A stretch of 64,000 nucleotides of DNA, from positions 36,477-100,476 of the forward strand of contig JAQCLD010000001.1 in the NCBI GenBank assembly GCA_027592785.1. Reading direction: 5' to 3'. Source of the stretch: Acidobacteriota bacterium (GTDB lineage Bacteria > Acidobacteriota > Terriglobia > Bryobacterales > UBA6623). Shown here piece by piece: positions 1 through 11,567 of the stretch. Within the stretch, counting starts at the first letter, position 1. Each line of letters begins with the position of its first letter. A program made the translations under genes and the position numbers. The notes beneath the pieces were generated by a model. The model ran no database searches, was not told where the DNA came from, and saw only the letters and a list, made by a program, of their open reading frames with translations.

Positions 1-227
1 ACGCGCGGGTCGGGCGGAAAGGCGAGGACGAATTGTCCCTTGTCGCCGGAGTATTCGCCGACGAGAGGGCCGTTGTTGCTGGAACGTGCGAAGACGACGC
101 AGTTGGAGACGGGATAGAGGCTTTAGCCGCGCTGCTCCTGCAGCGCCCCCGCAATTGTGGCTTGCCCCATGAGGGCGAGAGGGGCGGCGAGGAAAGCCGC
201 GGTAGAGATGGCTAACGCACGGGGCAT
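1..227 (-). pseudogene. 5' end of a secreted CarboxypepD_reg-like protein gene (possible TonB-receptor-type N-terminus), interrupted by an in-frame TAA; runs off the window edge
   Basis: Hand translation of the reverse strand from ATG at 227 gives MPRALAISTAAFLAAPLALMGQATIAGALQEQRG, then TAA (125..123). The same frame continues SLYPVSNCVVFARSSNNGPLVGEYSGDKGQFVLAFPPDPR to position 1. The N-terminus looks like a signal peptide and is followed by a pattern resembling a carboxypeptidase-regulatory-like beta-sandwich. It is too short to appear in the ORF track. Confidence 0.35.
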
Positions 228-304
228 GGCACGAGCGCCGAATTCCCTGTTTCGTTTGTGAGTCTAACCGATGGGGACTTAGAATTCACGCTCCAACTAC
301 CTGA

Positions 305-616
305 GAACGCCGCTGCAAAACTAGACCACAAGGCGGCGGAGTCAAGGAGCCGGAAGGCGTCGCCGGCATCGAGGACTTTCGCTTCCACGATCTCAGGCAC
401 ACTTACGGTTCGTGGCTGGCGGTGGAAGGGGTCATCGCAGAAGGGAGGATGGCGCTGATGGGGCACAAGACTCCATCGACGACTCTTCGCTACACTCACC
501 TGGATATGGGTTTCAAGCACCAAGCGGTAGCCAAACTGCCCTCGTTGCGGGATACAGAGTCCCCTCAAATCTCCCCTTCGCGGGAAATCGGGGCGAAGGC
601 GGTAGCTGCTAAGTAG
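305..616 (+). pseudogene. tyrosine recombinase (phage-type integrase), C-terminal remnant only
   Basis: The frame opens after TGA at 302..304 and reads ...GVAGIEDFRFHDLRHTYGSWLAVEGVIAEGRMALMGHKTPSTTLRYTHLD... The HxLRHT box and the LRYTH catalytic-Tyr motif are present. The N-terminal two thirds of a normal integrase are absent. The ORF ends 15 nt before the tRNA. Confidence 0.6.
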
Positions 617-631
617 TTTGTAATCAACACT

Positions 632-718
632 GCCCGGGTGGCGAAATTGGCAGACGCAAGGGACTTAAAATCCCTCACCCTCACGGGTATGCGGGTTCGA
701 CCCCCGCCCCGGGCACCA
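632..718 (+). tRNA. tRNA-Leu (anticodon TAA)
   Basis: Hand-folded cloverleaf. Acceptor stem is GCCCGGG/CCCGGGC. Anticodon stem is AGGGA/TCCCT with loop CTTAAAA. There is a long variable arm typical of Leu. T-arm is GCGGG-TTCGACC-CCCGC, followed by discriminator A and an encoded CCA. Confidence 0.9.
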
Positions 719-765
719 CTCTCATCGCAGGTTGTTAGGCCGTGGGCTCAATCGGCGCGGCGACG

Positions 766-987
766 CTATTCGAGCGGATCGATATCGATGACCTTGTCGT
801 CTTTGGCCGCGCCCGCCGTCACTGGCGTTTGATTTTTCAACGACAGCCAATACAACACGACCAAGATGATCACCCCGATGTCGTCGAGTTGCCCCAGCAC
901 GGGGATGAAGTCGGGAATGATATCGATCGGGCTCAGCGCATAGAGCGCTCCCGCCACCGTCGCCGCAATGCGGCCAAAGTTCTTCAT
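766..987 (-). CDS. DUF1232 (YkvA-like) small membrane protein
   Basis: 73 aa. The motif YALSPIDIIPDFIPVLGQLDD is the DUF1232 signature as I recall it, followed by a hydrophobic helix. Confidence 0.75.
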   Translation of the reverse strand: MKNFGRIAATVAGALYALSPIDIIPDFIPVLGQLDDIGVIILVVLYWLSLKNQTPVTAGAAKDDKVIDIDPLE

Positions 988-1008
988 TACGGGCCTCGCG
1001 CCCTTAGT

Positions 1009-1208
1009 CTAACCGTGCGCCGCTTGGTCCCTGACGCCCAGCTTGCGCAAGAAGCTCATCATCGGACACCAGTTCGTGAACGCCGACTGAAATAGGTTCA
1101 GCCCCACGAATGCCGTGAATAAATACCAATACGGGTGGGCCCAGTAGCCCAGGCCCAGGCTCAGCATTACAAAGAAGCCCGCCACCAGCCGCAACCAACG
1201 ATCTACAT

Positions 1209-1212
<4 letters not shown>
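1009..1212 (-). CDS. DUF2892 (YgaP C-terminal-like) small inner-membrane protein
   Basis: 67 aa: [24 protein letters not shown]...[26 protein letters not shown], with two TM helices and the conserved FTxxCP motif. ATG at 1212..1210 overlaps the TGA of the upstream RND gene (ATGA). The longer 238-aa ORF in the track is an upstream extension inside the RND gene. Confidence 0.8.
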
Positions 1213-4393
<3,181 letters not shown>

Positions 4394-4394
<1 letters not shown>

Positions 4395-5548
4395 CAGCGC
4401 CGCTCCTCAACAGGCGATCCGTCGACCACCCCAGACGGATCGAGTACAACTCGGTCGCCGACCGTCAGGCCGGACAGCACTTCGTAGCGGCCATCCAGCA
4501 ACTCGCCCAAGCTCACCAGCCGCAGGTGCGCTGTGCCGTCTTGCACCGCGAACACCGACTTAATTTGCCCGCGCGAAACAACCGCCGAAGAGGGCACGCT
4601 CAGCCCACTGCGCTCACCGCCCGGCAATAGCAGCCGGCCGTAGAGGCCGGACCGTAACCCGGCATGCGACCCCAGGGCCACTTTCACCGTGAAGGTTCGC
4701 GACGCATCATCCGCGGAAGGGTCGATCTGGGCGATACGGCCGTCCGTTGGGCCGCTTTCCCCAAGCGCTTCGATAGCCACGCCCACCTGCTGCCCGACCC
4801 GAATCGTCGAGATCAGCGATTCGGGTACAGCCGCTTCCAGCCGATACTCTCCCGCCTGCTCGATCTCCAACAGCGGCATTCCCGGGTTGGCCAAGTCGCC
4901 CGGGTCAACAAACCGCTGCGTCACGATCCCCGCCATAGGGGCCGAGACATGTGTATAGCCGAGCATCGTCTCCGCCGAGGATATCTGGGCCTCCGCCTGG
5001 GCCCTCTTCGCCTGCGCCTGCGCTGTACCCGCCCGCGCCTGCTCTAGTGTCGCCGCGGCCGCCTTCAACCCTGCTTCAGCGACATCGTATTCGTGTTGCG
5101 AGGCGGACTTCTTCGACAGCAGCGCCTGGTATCGCTCGTGCGTGACCTTCGCCAGCGCCAGCTGCGCCTCCGCGGAGCTCACTCCTTGTCCGCCCGCTGC
5201 AATTGCCGCATCCGCTTCTTCGCGCATCGCCCGCGCCGCCGCCACGCCGCTGGTCAGCTGCTGGTCGTCCAGTTCGATCAAGGGCTGCCCGGCCGACACC
5301 CGTTGGCCTTCTTCCACCGTGACCTGGCGAACATAACCCATCACTCTCGCCGCAATCGTCGCCTGCCTCCGCGCCCGCACGACGCCGGTCAGCGGAACCG
5401 TTTGCGAGATCGTCTCCGCCGCGAGCTGTTCAACCTCAACCTGCACCGGCGTCAGCGCCGCACTCTCTGTCTCAGCCGGAGGCGCGCCGCCGCAAGCCGC
5501 CAGCAGCGCGGCCGCTAAGACAGTAGGAATCCAGTGATCCAGCATCAT
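4394..5548 (-). CDS. efflux RND transporter periplasmic adaptor (MFP/HlyD family), lipoprotein-type signal
   Basis: Start chosen at [21 protein letters not shown], which has a lipobox-like LAAC. This ATG overlaps the TGA of the upstream OMP gene (ATGA). The body has a coiled-coil hairpin plus beta-barrel typical of MFPs. The 518-aa track ORF is an N-terminal over-extension into the OMP gene. Confidence 0.9.
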
Positions 5549-6921
5549 CGCAGCGCCTCCGAATCCAACGTCAAAGTTCCCGCCGCATGCTCCAGCGCAG
5601 CACGCGTGACGCGCTGTTCGTAAAGCGACCCCAGTCGCCGGTAGAGCGAATCCGTCAGCGCCGCTTCTGACCGCAGCAATGCCGTCACATCCTCCAGGCC
5701 TGCCTCGTAGCGATCCCTGATGATCCTCAAACTCTCCTCCGCTTGGTCGACCACGCTCGCCGCCACTGCCGTTCTCTGGGCCGCCGATTGCAAGTCCGCG
5801 TACGCCCGGCGAATCTCCAACGCCGCCGCCGAGTAGGCCTCGCGCGACTCGGCCGCCGCCCGCACTTCCGCTTCCCGCGAAGCCGCTATCCGCGCCCGGC
5901 TCTCTCCGCCGCGCCATAAGTCCCACCTCATCGAAACTCCGGCAAGCCAATTGCCGCCTCCGCGATCCACGAACCTTTGCCGGTCAGCCTCAAACACCCC
6001 CTGTGCCACCACCACCGGCCACAACGAGCGCTCGGAAGCCGCAGTCTGCGCCGCGCTGATCTGCTCGCCCAGCGCCGTCGCCCGCAAGCCCGGACGTTTC
6101 TCCGCCGCCGCCGCCAGGTATCGCTCCAGCAGGGCCGCCTCACCTACGACACTCGTAGTAAGAGGTGTAGCCAACTTCCACTGCGCGTCTAGATCCACGC
6201 CCAGAGCGTCGTTCAGAGCGGCCCGGGCCACCTCAGCGTAAGCCGCCGCTTGGATCCTGCGCTGCTCAGCCTGGCCCAGATGCACACGTACCGCCAGCAC
6301 ATCCGCCTGGGTACTCATGCCTGCCTCAAACACCGCTTGCGCCCTGTTCAGATCCGCCGCCGCGCTGCTTACCGAGTCCTCGGAAACTGCCAACCCCTCC
6401 TGCGCCAATACCACTCCAAAATACGTCCGCGCCACGTTCAACAAGACGCTGGCCTCCCGCCCGCGGCGGTTTTCGACATTCAAATCCTCAGCTAGTCGAG
6501 TTGCCCGAACCGCGTTCTTGGTCCGCTGGGCATCGAACAGCGTCTGTTCCACGCGCACCAGAGACTGGAAGTTATTCAGCGAATCGGGGTTGTTCAGCGC
6601 AGCCACGGCGAAGTTATCCGGCCCGAATTGCTTCTGATTCAACAGCGACCCGAAAACATAAACCGGGTTGTTACTACGTGTGTAGGATTCCATCCAACTA
6701 ACGCGCGGCAAATAGCCCGCCTCAGCCGCCCGTGTCCCTGCCGCCGCTTCCCTCTCGCTGGCCGCCGCAGCTTCAATTGCCGGATGCGACTCCAGCGCCT
6801 TGCGCGCCGCCGCTTCCAGCGTCAACGCTTCCTGTGCAAGCCCAGTCGCCGTCAGCAGGGCCAAAAGACCAACCGCTAGCCCTGCCTCGAAAATCCGCCC
6901 AACCTGATCCGCTGCTCTCAT
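5545..6921 (-). CDS. TolC-family outer-membrane efflux protein
   Basis: 458 aa. It has a signal peptide (LLALLTATGLAQE) and two repeats of the OEP helical pattern. It is the first gene of the efflux operon. Confidence 0.9.
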   Translation of the reverse strand: MRAADQVGRIFEAGLAVGLLALLTATGLAQEALTLEAAARKALESHPAIEAAAASEREAAAGTRAAEAGYLPRVSWMESYTRSNNPVYVFGSLLNQKQFGPDNFAVAALNNPDSLNNFQSLVRVEQTLFDAQRTKNAVRATRLAEDLNVENRRGREASVLLNVARTYFGVVLAQEGLAVSEDSVSSAAADLNRAQAVFEAGMSTQADVLAVRVHLGQAEQRRIQAAAYAEVARAALNDALGVDLDAQWKLATPLTTSVVGEAALLERYLAAAAEKRPGLRATALGEQISAAQTAASERSLWPVVVAQGVFEADRQRFVDRGGGNWLAGVSMRWDLWRGGESRARIAASREAEVRAAAESREAYSAAALEIRRAYADLQSAAQRTAVAASVVDQAEESLRIIRDRYEAGLEDVTALLRSEAALTDSLYRRLGSLYEQRVTRAALEHAAGTLTLDSEALR

Positions 6922-7234
6922 GGAATCTCTTCCTTGCCTAGGCAGCGAATGGTAGCAACTGAGCCGCCAACCTGTTGCGCGAAAAAACCGCGCCTCAAGT
7001 CTCAGTCGAACCCGGGCAGCCTATCCCCTTGAATCCACGCTAGATGTCATCAACCAACATCCTATATCTGGGACGAAGATAGCCATGACACCCCATATAT
7101 TGGGGCTAAGTCTCTTTACAACGCTCCCATCTAACAGTAGGATGATCTGATGCCTGGGTTCGCCTCAGGCGGTAGAATGTGGGAGACGACTCTTCGTTTT
7201 CCCGCCCGACAGACGTCTGAGGGAGGCTGCGCAT

Positions 7235-10200
7235 TTGCTCAAGCTGAAGAAACTGGAGCTGTTCGGCTTCAAGTCGTTTTGTGACAAAGAGGAGTTAACC
7301 TTCTCCGGCTCGGGGATCGCCTCGATCGTCGGTCCCAACGGCTGCGGAAAGTCCAACGTCAGCGACGGCATTAGCTGGGTGCTGGGCGAACAGTCGGCCA
7401 AGACCCTGCGAGGCGCCCGCATGCAGGACGTGATCTTTAGCGGATCGCGCGACCGCAAGCCCTCCGGCATGGCCACTGTCTCCCTGACGCTCTACGATCC
7501 CGAAGCCCGCGACGGACAGCCCGCGGTCGACGGAACCATCAACGGTCTTTCCTATCCGGCTGGCAAACGGCCCGGCGAAATAAACGTCACCCGCAAACTC
7601 TTCAGCTCCGGCGATAGTCAATACATCATCAATGGCCACGTCAGCCGCCTGCGCGACGTTCACGACCTGTTCATGGGCACCGGCCTCGGCCCCAACCACT
7701 ACGCCATCATCGAGCAGGGCCGCATCGGACAAGTCCTCAGCTCCAAGCCGCTCGACCGCCGCGCCATCATCGAAGAAGCCGCCGGAGTCACCAAGTTCAA
7801 GTCCCGAAAACGTCTGGCTGAACTCAAGCTCGAGAGCGCCAAGCAGAATCTCAACCGCGTCAACGACATCCTGCAAGAGGTGATCCGCCAAGTCGGCTCA
7901 CTCAAACGTCAAGCCGCGAAGGCGCGCCGCTACGAAGAGCTGAAGAAGCAGTTCGACGCCGCACTCGGAGCCATGCTGGCCGCTCGCCATCGCAAGATGA
8001 GCGCCGACATCGCCACGGGCGAACAGAGCCTCGAAGCGTCCGACGCAGTGTTCCAGAAACACATGGCGCGCGCCCGCACTATCGAGCAGTCTGTCGACGC
8101 TCAACGCCAGCAGGAGCAGCAGTGGTCCCAGCAACTCGACAGCGGTCGCCAAGAGCATTCCATGCTCCTGGTCGAATCCGAGCGTTGCCGATCGCGCGTC
8201 GAGCAACAAGCTCGCACCGCTATCGAGAACGAGACCCGCGAGCGCCACGCCGAAGCTGAAATCCAGTCTCTGGTGCAGCGCATCGAACAGCTGGAGCTCG
8301 AACTGATCGCCGAGAAGGAAGCGGTCGAGACCGTACAAAAGCAGAGCGACGAGATTCGCGGACGGCTGGCCGAACGCAACCAAGTCCTCTCGGCCCGCCA
8401 ACAGGAAATCTCTGAAGTCCAACGCGCCCAAGACCAGAGCCGCCAGCGCGTCATGAGCTTACTCGGCGAATTGTCTTCGCTGCGCAACCAGGTTGGCAAG
8501 ATCGAGGAGTTTCAAGCCGGCAACACACGCCAAGCCACCCGCGTCGAAGAAGAAGAGGCCCAGGCTCGCAAGGAGTTCGAGCAAGTCCAAAGCGGCCGAC
8601 AGGAACGCGAGACCCGCGTCGAAGCCAAGCGCCAAGAGTTAACCGCCATGCGCACTCGCGAAAGCGAGCTCGCCGCCGCTCTCGACGATCTCAAGAACGA
8701 GTCCAAATCTCGCCGCGAGTCAGCCGACACGTTGCAACACGAACTTTCTCGACTGGGCGCCCGCCGCGAATCGCTCGAAGAGATCCTTTCTCATCACGCC
8801 TACACGACCGAGACCGTCAAGGGACTCTTCGGCGCGTTGCAACGCCGTCCGCAAGAAGGTCTCAAGCCCATGGGCGTCCTCGCGGATTTCATCGACGTCG
8901 ACCGCGAGTTTGAGCGTGCCGCCGAAGACTTTCTGCGTGAAGAACTCGAGTTCGTCCTGGTCTACGACTGGCCTGAAGCGCGCAAGGGCGTCGATTTCTT
9001 GCTCTCCGATCTGCAAGGGCACGCGACGTTTCTGATTCACCCCGACCAGCCCATTCCGGGCGAAGATCCGGTCCTGGGTCCGGAGACCGGAGTCACCGGC
9101 CGCCTGGCCGACCACGTCCGTCTGACCAACGGCCTCTCCGCCTCCGCCTCAACGCTGTTGCCCAAGCTGCGCAGCTGTTACCTCGTCGGGCGCGAGGACG
9201 ATGCCAAGCGCCTTGCCGTGCGCTACCCCGACCTCTACTTCCTGTTGCCCACCGGCCTTTGCTATCGCGGACACACCGTCAGCGGCGGCCGCAAGAGCAG
9301 CGCGGGCCCGCTGGCGCTCAAGCGCGAACTGCGCGAGTTGATGCCAAAACTGGCCGCCGCCGAACAAGCCTTCGACGAGAACCGCCAAGCCGTCGTGCTT
9401 GCCGACGAGAGCATGACGCGCACAACGTCCGAGCGCGAAGAGCTGCGCGGAGCAATCCAGCAGGCCGAGAAGTCCGTCCTCGCCGAGGAACACGACTTGC
9501 AGCGGGTCACGCAAGAGTCGGAGCGAGCCACGCGCCGCGCCGATGTGGCCGCGCAAGAACGGCAGCGACTGCTGCGCGAGGCTGCCGAGGCTGCAGCCAA
9601 GCGCGAGGCGATCGAGCAAGAGATCTCCCAGAAAGAGCGCGACAGCGAAGCGGCTGAAATCGAATCCGAGACCTTGCAAGGCGGGATGGCCGCAGCCCGC
9701 GCAGCTCTCCAAGCTGCCAGCGACGAGCAATCGAGCCTGCGAACCGATGCCGCTACTCTCGAAGAGCGCCGCCGCTCAGCCTCTCTAGCGCTCGATCGCA
9801 TTCGCCGCTTGGCCGATGAGCAGACCCAACGGCGCGAACGCGTCAAGGCGCAGACCTCCCAATGGAGCGGGGAACGCCTGCAGTTGCTCGCCGACAACGA
9901 GCAGCTCAACGTGCGCATCGTCGAGCTCGAGGCCAAGCGGAATACCGCCCAGGAGAACGTCGCTACTCTTACGACTCGTCTGGAGGAGTCCCGCCGCAAC
10001 AGCACCGAGCTGGAGGAAGAGGGTCGGGCCTTGCGTATCGAGGTGGAAGAACTCCGCCAGCAGCGCAACCAGCTGGAGCTTGCCTTGGTACAGAGCCGCT
10101 CCGATCTCAAGCATCTTGAAGAGATGTGCGAGCGCGAGCTCCGGCAGCCCCTTGCCGAAGTCGTAGCCGGAGTGAAAGCCGATCTCTCCGACGAAGAGGT

Positions 10201-10906
10201 CGCCGAGGCCGAGCAGAATTACCTATCGCTCAAGACGCGCATTGAGTCGCTGGGTCCCGTAAACGTCCTAGCGCTTGAGGAATACAAAGAAGCCGAGCAG
10301 CGCCAGGAGTTCCTCGAAACCCAACAGTCCGATCTGCGTGACTCGATCGGCGACACGCAAAAAGCGATCCACGAGATCGACTCAGCGTCCCGTAAGCAAT
10401 TCAAAGAGGCCTTCGAGGTCGTCAACGAGAACTTCCGCAAGACTTTTCAGACGCTCTTCGGCGGCGGCGTCGGCGAGATGCGTCTGACGGACGAAGAGAA
10501 CATCGGTGAGTCGGGAATCGATATCGTAGCCTCGCCTCCGGGCAAGAAACTACAGAGTGTCGCGCTCTTGTCGGGCGGCGAGAAATCCTTAACGGCGCTA
10601 GCGCTGCTCGTCGCCACCTTCCAATACAAGCCGAGTCCGTTCTGCGTACTCGACGAGGTCGATGCCGCGCTCGACGAATCGAATATCCAGCGCTTCCGCC
10701 GGCTGATCGAAAGCATGAGCGACTGCACGCAATTCATCTTGATCACCCACTCCAAGACGACCATGGCAGCAGCCTCGACGCTCTACGGCGTCACCATGCA
10801 GGAACCTGGCGTCTCGAAGCTCGTCTCGGTGCGCTTGGAAGGTGAACGGCAGCGGCGGCTTGAAACTAGCGAGCCGAGCATCGAGCCGGAATTAGTCGGC
10901 GCCTAG
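7235..10906 (+). CDS. smc: chromosome segregation protein SMC
   Basis: 1223 aa. N-terminal Walker A is FSGSGIASIVGPNGCGKSN. Long coiled coils flank a hinge. The C-terminus carries LSGGEKSLTALALL and VLDEVDAALD. The TTG start is preceded by GGGAGG 8 nt upstream. Confidence 0.95.
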   Translation: MLKLKKLELFGFKSFCDKEELTFSGSGIASIVGPNGCGKSNVSDGISWVLGEQSAKTLRGARMQDVIFSGSRDRKPSGMATVSLTLYDPEARDGQPAVDGTINGLSYPAGKRPGEINVTRKLFSSGDSQYIINGHVSRLRDVHDLFMGTGLGPNHYAIIEQGRIGQVLSSKPLDRRAIIEEAAGVTKFKSRKRLAELKLESAKQNLNRVNDILQEVIRQVGSLKRQAAKARRYEELKKQFDAALGAMLAARHRKMSADIATGEQSLEASDAVFQKHMARARTIEQSVDAQRQQEQQWSQQLDSGRQEHSMLLVESERCRSRVEQQARTAIENETRERHAEAEIQSLVQRIEQLELELIAEKEAVETVQKQSDEIRGRLAERNQVLSARQQEISEVQRAQDQSRQRVMSLLGELSSLRNQVGKIEEFQAGNTRQATRVEEEEAQARKEFEQVQSGRQERETRVEAKRQELTAMRTRESELAAALDDLKNESKSRRESADTLQHELSRLGARRESLEEILSHHAYTTETVKGLFGALQRRPQEGLKPMGVLADFIDVDREFERAAEDFLREELEFVLVYDWPEARKGVDFLLSDLQGHATFLIHPDQPIPGEDPVLGPETGVTGRLADHVRLTNGLSASASTLLPKLRSCYLVGREDDAKRLAVRYPDLYFLLPTGLCYRGHTVSGGRKSSAGPLALKRELRELMPKLAAAEQAFDENRQAVVLADESMTRTTSEREELRGAIQQAEKSVLAEEHDLQRVTQESERATRRADVAAQERQRLLREAAEAAAKREAIEQEISQKERDSEAAEIESETLQGGMAAARAALQAASDEQSSLRTDAATLEERRRSASLALDRIRRLADEQTQRRERVKAQTSQWSGERLQLLADNEQLNVRIVELEAKRNTAQENVATLTTRLEESRRNSTELEEEGRALRIEVEELRQQRNQLELALVQSRSDLKHLEEMCERELRQPLAEVVAGVKADLSDEEVAEAEQNYLSLKTRIESLGPVNVLALEEYKEAEQRQEFLETQQSDLRDSIGDTQKAIHEIDSASRKQFKEAFEVVNENFRKTFQTLFGGGVGEMRLTDEENIGESGIDIVASPPGKKLQSVALLSGGEKSLTALALLVATFQYKPSPFCVLDEVDAALDESNIQRFRRLIESMSDCTQFILITHSKTTMAAASTLYGVTMQEPGVSKLVSVRLEGERQRRLETSEPSIEPELVGA

Positions 10907-10940
10907 CGCACGACTTGTTCGGGGCCATCAAAGAAACGAA

Positions 10941-10967
10941 AAGGCCGCGGAGTCGATCCGCGGCCTT
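10941..10967. terminator. GC-rich hairpin between convergent smc and rpmE (candidate bidirectional intrinsic terminator)
   Basis: AAGGCCGCGGA-GTCGA-TCCGCGGCCTT is a perfect 11-bp stem. An outer GAAACGA/TCGTTTC extension spans 10933..10977. A T-rich run follows on the minus-strand reading (CCTTTTCGTTTCTTTG). Confidence 0.6.
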
Positions 10968-10989
10968 CGTCGTTTCTGATTCTAAGGAA

Positions 10990-11259
10990 CTAGCTCTTCG
11001 CTTGGTCGCGTTCTTCGCGAGTTCCGAATTTCTTGCGGAAGCGCTCGACGCGGCCTTCCGTATCGACCAGCTTCTGACGACCCGTGTAGAACGGGTGCGA
11101 CAGTGACGAGATCGGCAGATCGCACAGCGGGTACTCCGTGCCTTCGAACGTCGTCTTTTTGTCGCATTTCACCGTTGAGCGGCCTAACCACTCTTCGCTG
11201 GTCGTAATATCGCGGAAAACGACGTCGCGATACGCTTTAGGATGAATTCCTTCCTTCAT
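10990..11259 (-). CDS. rpmE: 50S ribosomal protein L31, type B (no CxxC zinc motif)
   Basis: 89 aa: [17 protein letters not shown]...[30 protein letters not shown]. The track ORF (130 aa) is over-extended upstream. Confidence 0.9.
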   Translation of the reverse strand: MKEGIHPKAYRDVVFRDITTSEEWLGRSTVKCDKKTTFEGTEYPLCDLPISSLSHPFYTGRQKLVDTEGRVERFRKKFGTREERDQAKS

Positions 11260-11567
11260 GGCAGCCCTCACACAAAAACGGGCGCACGGTAGGGCCGCGC
11301 GCCCGCCGAAAATTTCCAGTTCCCATCTTACCAAGGGATGTGCTCCAGGACAAACCCAACAGTCAGACTGCGCTGTCGACATAGGGTGAATCTCTTGCCG
11401 TCTTAGGCGTTTGGGCCTGCGGCCAGCGGCGCCCAGGGCCGCTAGATTAACTTTAGGAGACCCGGTACCGGCCTCCTAGGTTGGGTAGACACTTGGGACG
11501 TTGAAACGGCTCCAAAGCGTAAACCGTCCTTAGTGAGCACAGCCCGCCGTCAGAGTGGAGTCAGTTG

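Noticed and set aside
212-568. 118-aa reverse-strand ORF across the integrase remnant.
   Set aside because: It is antisense to a region with clear integrase motifs on the plus strand. It has no recognisable motifs and no signal consistent with a real gene.
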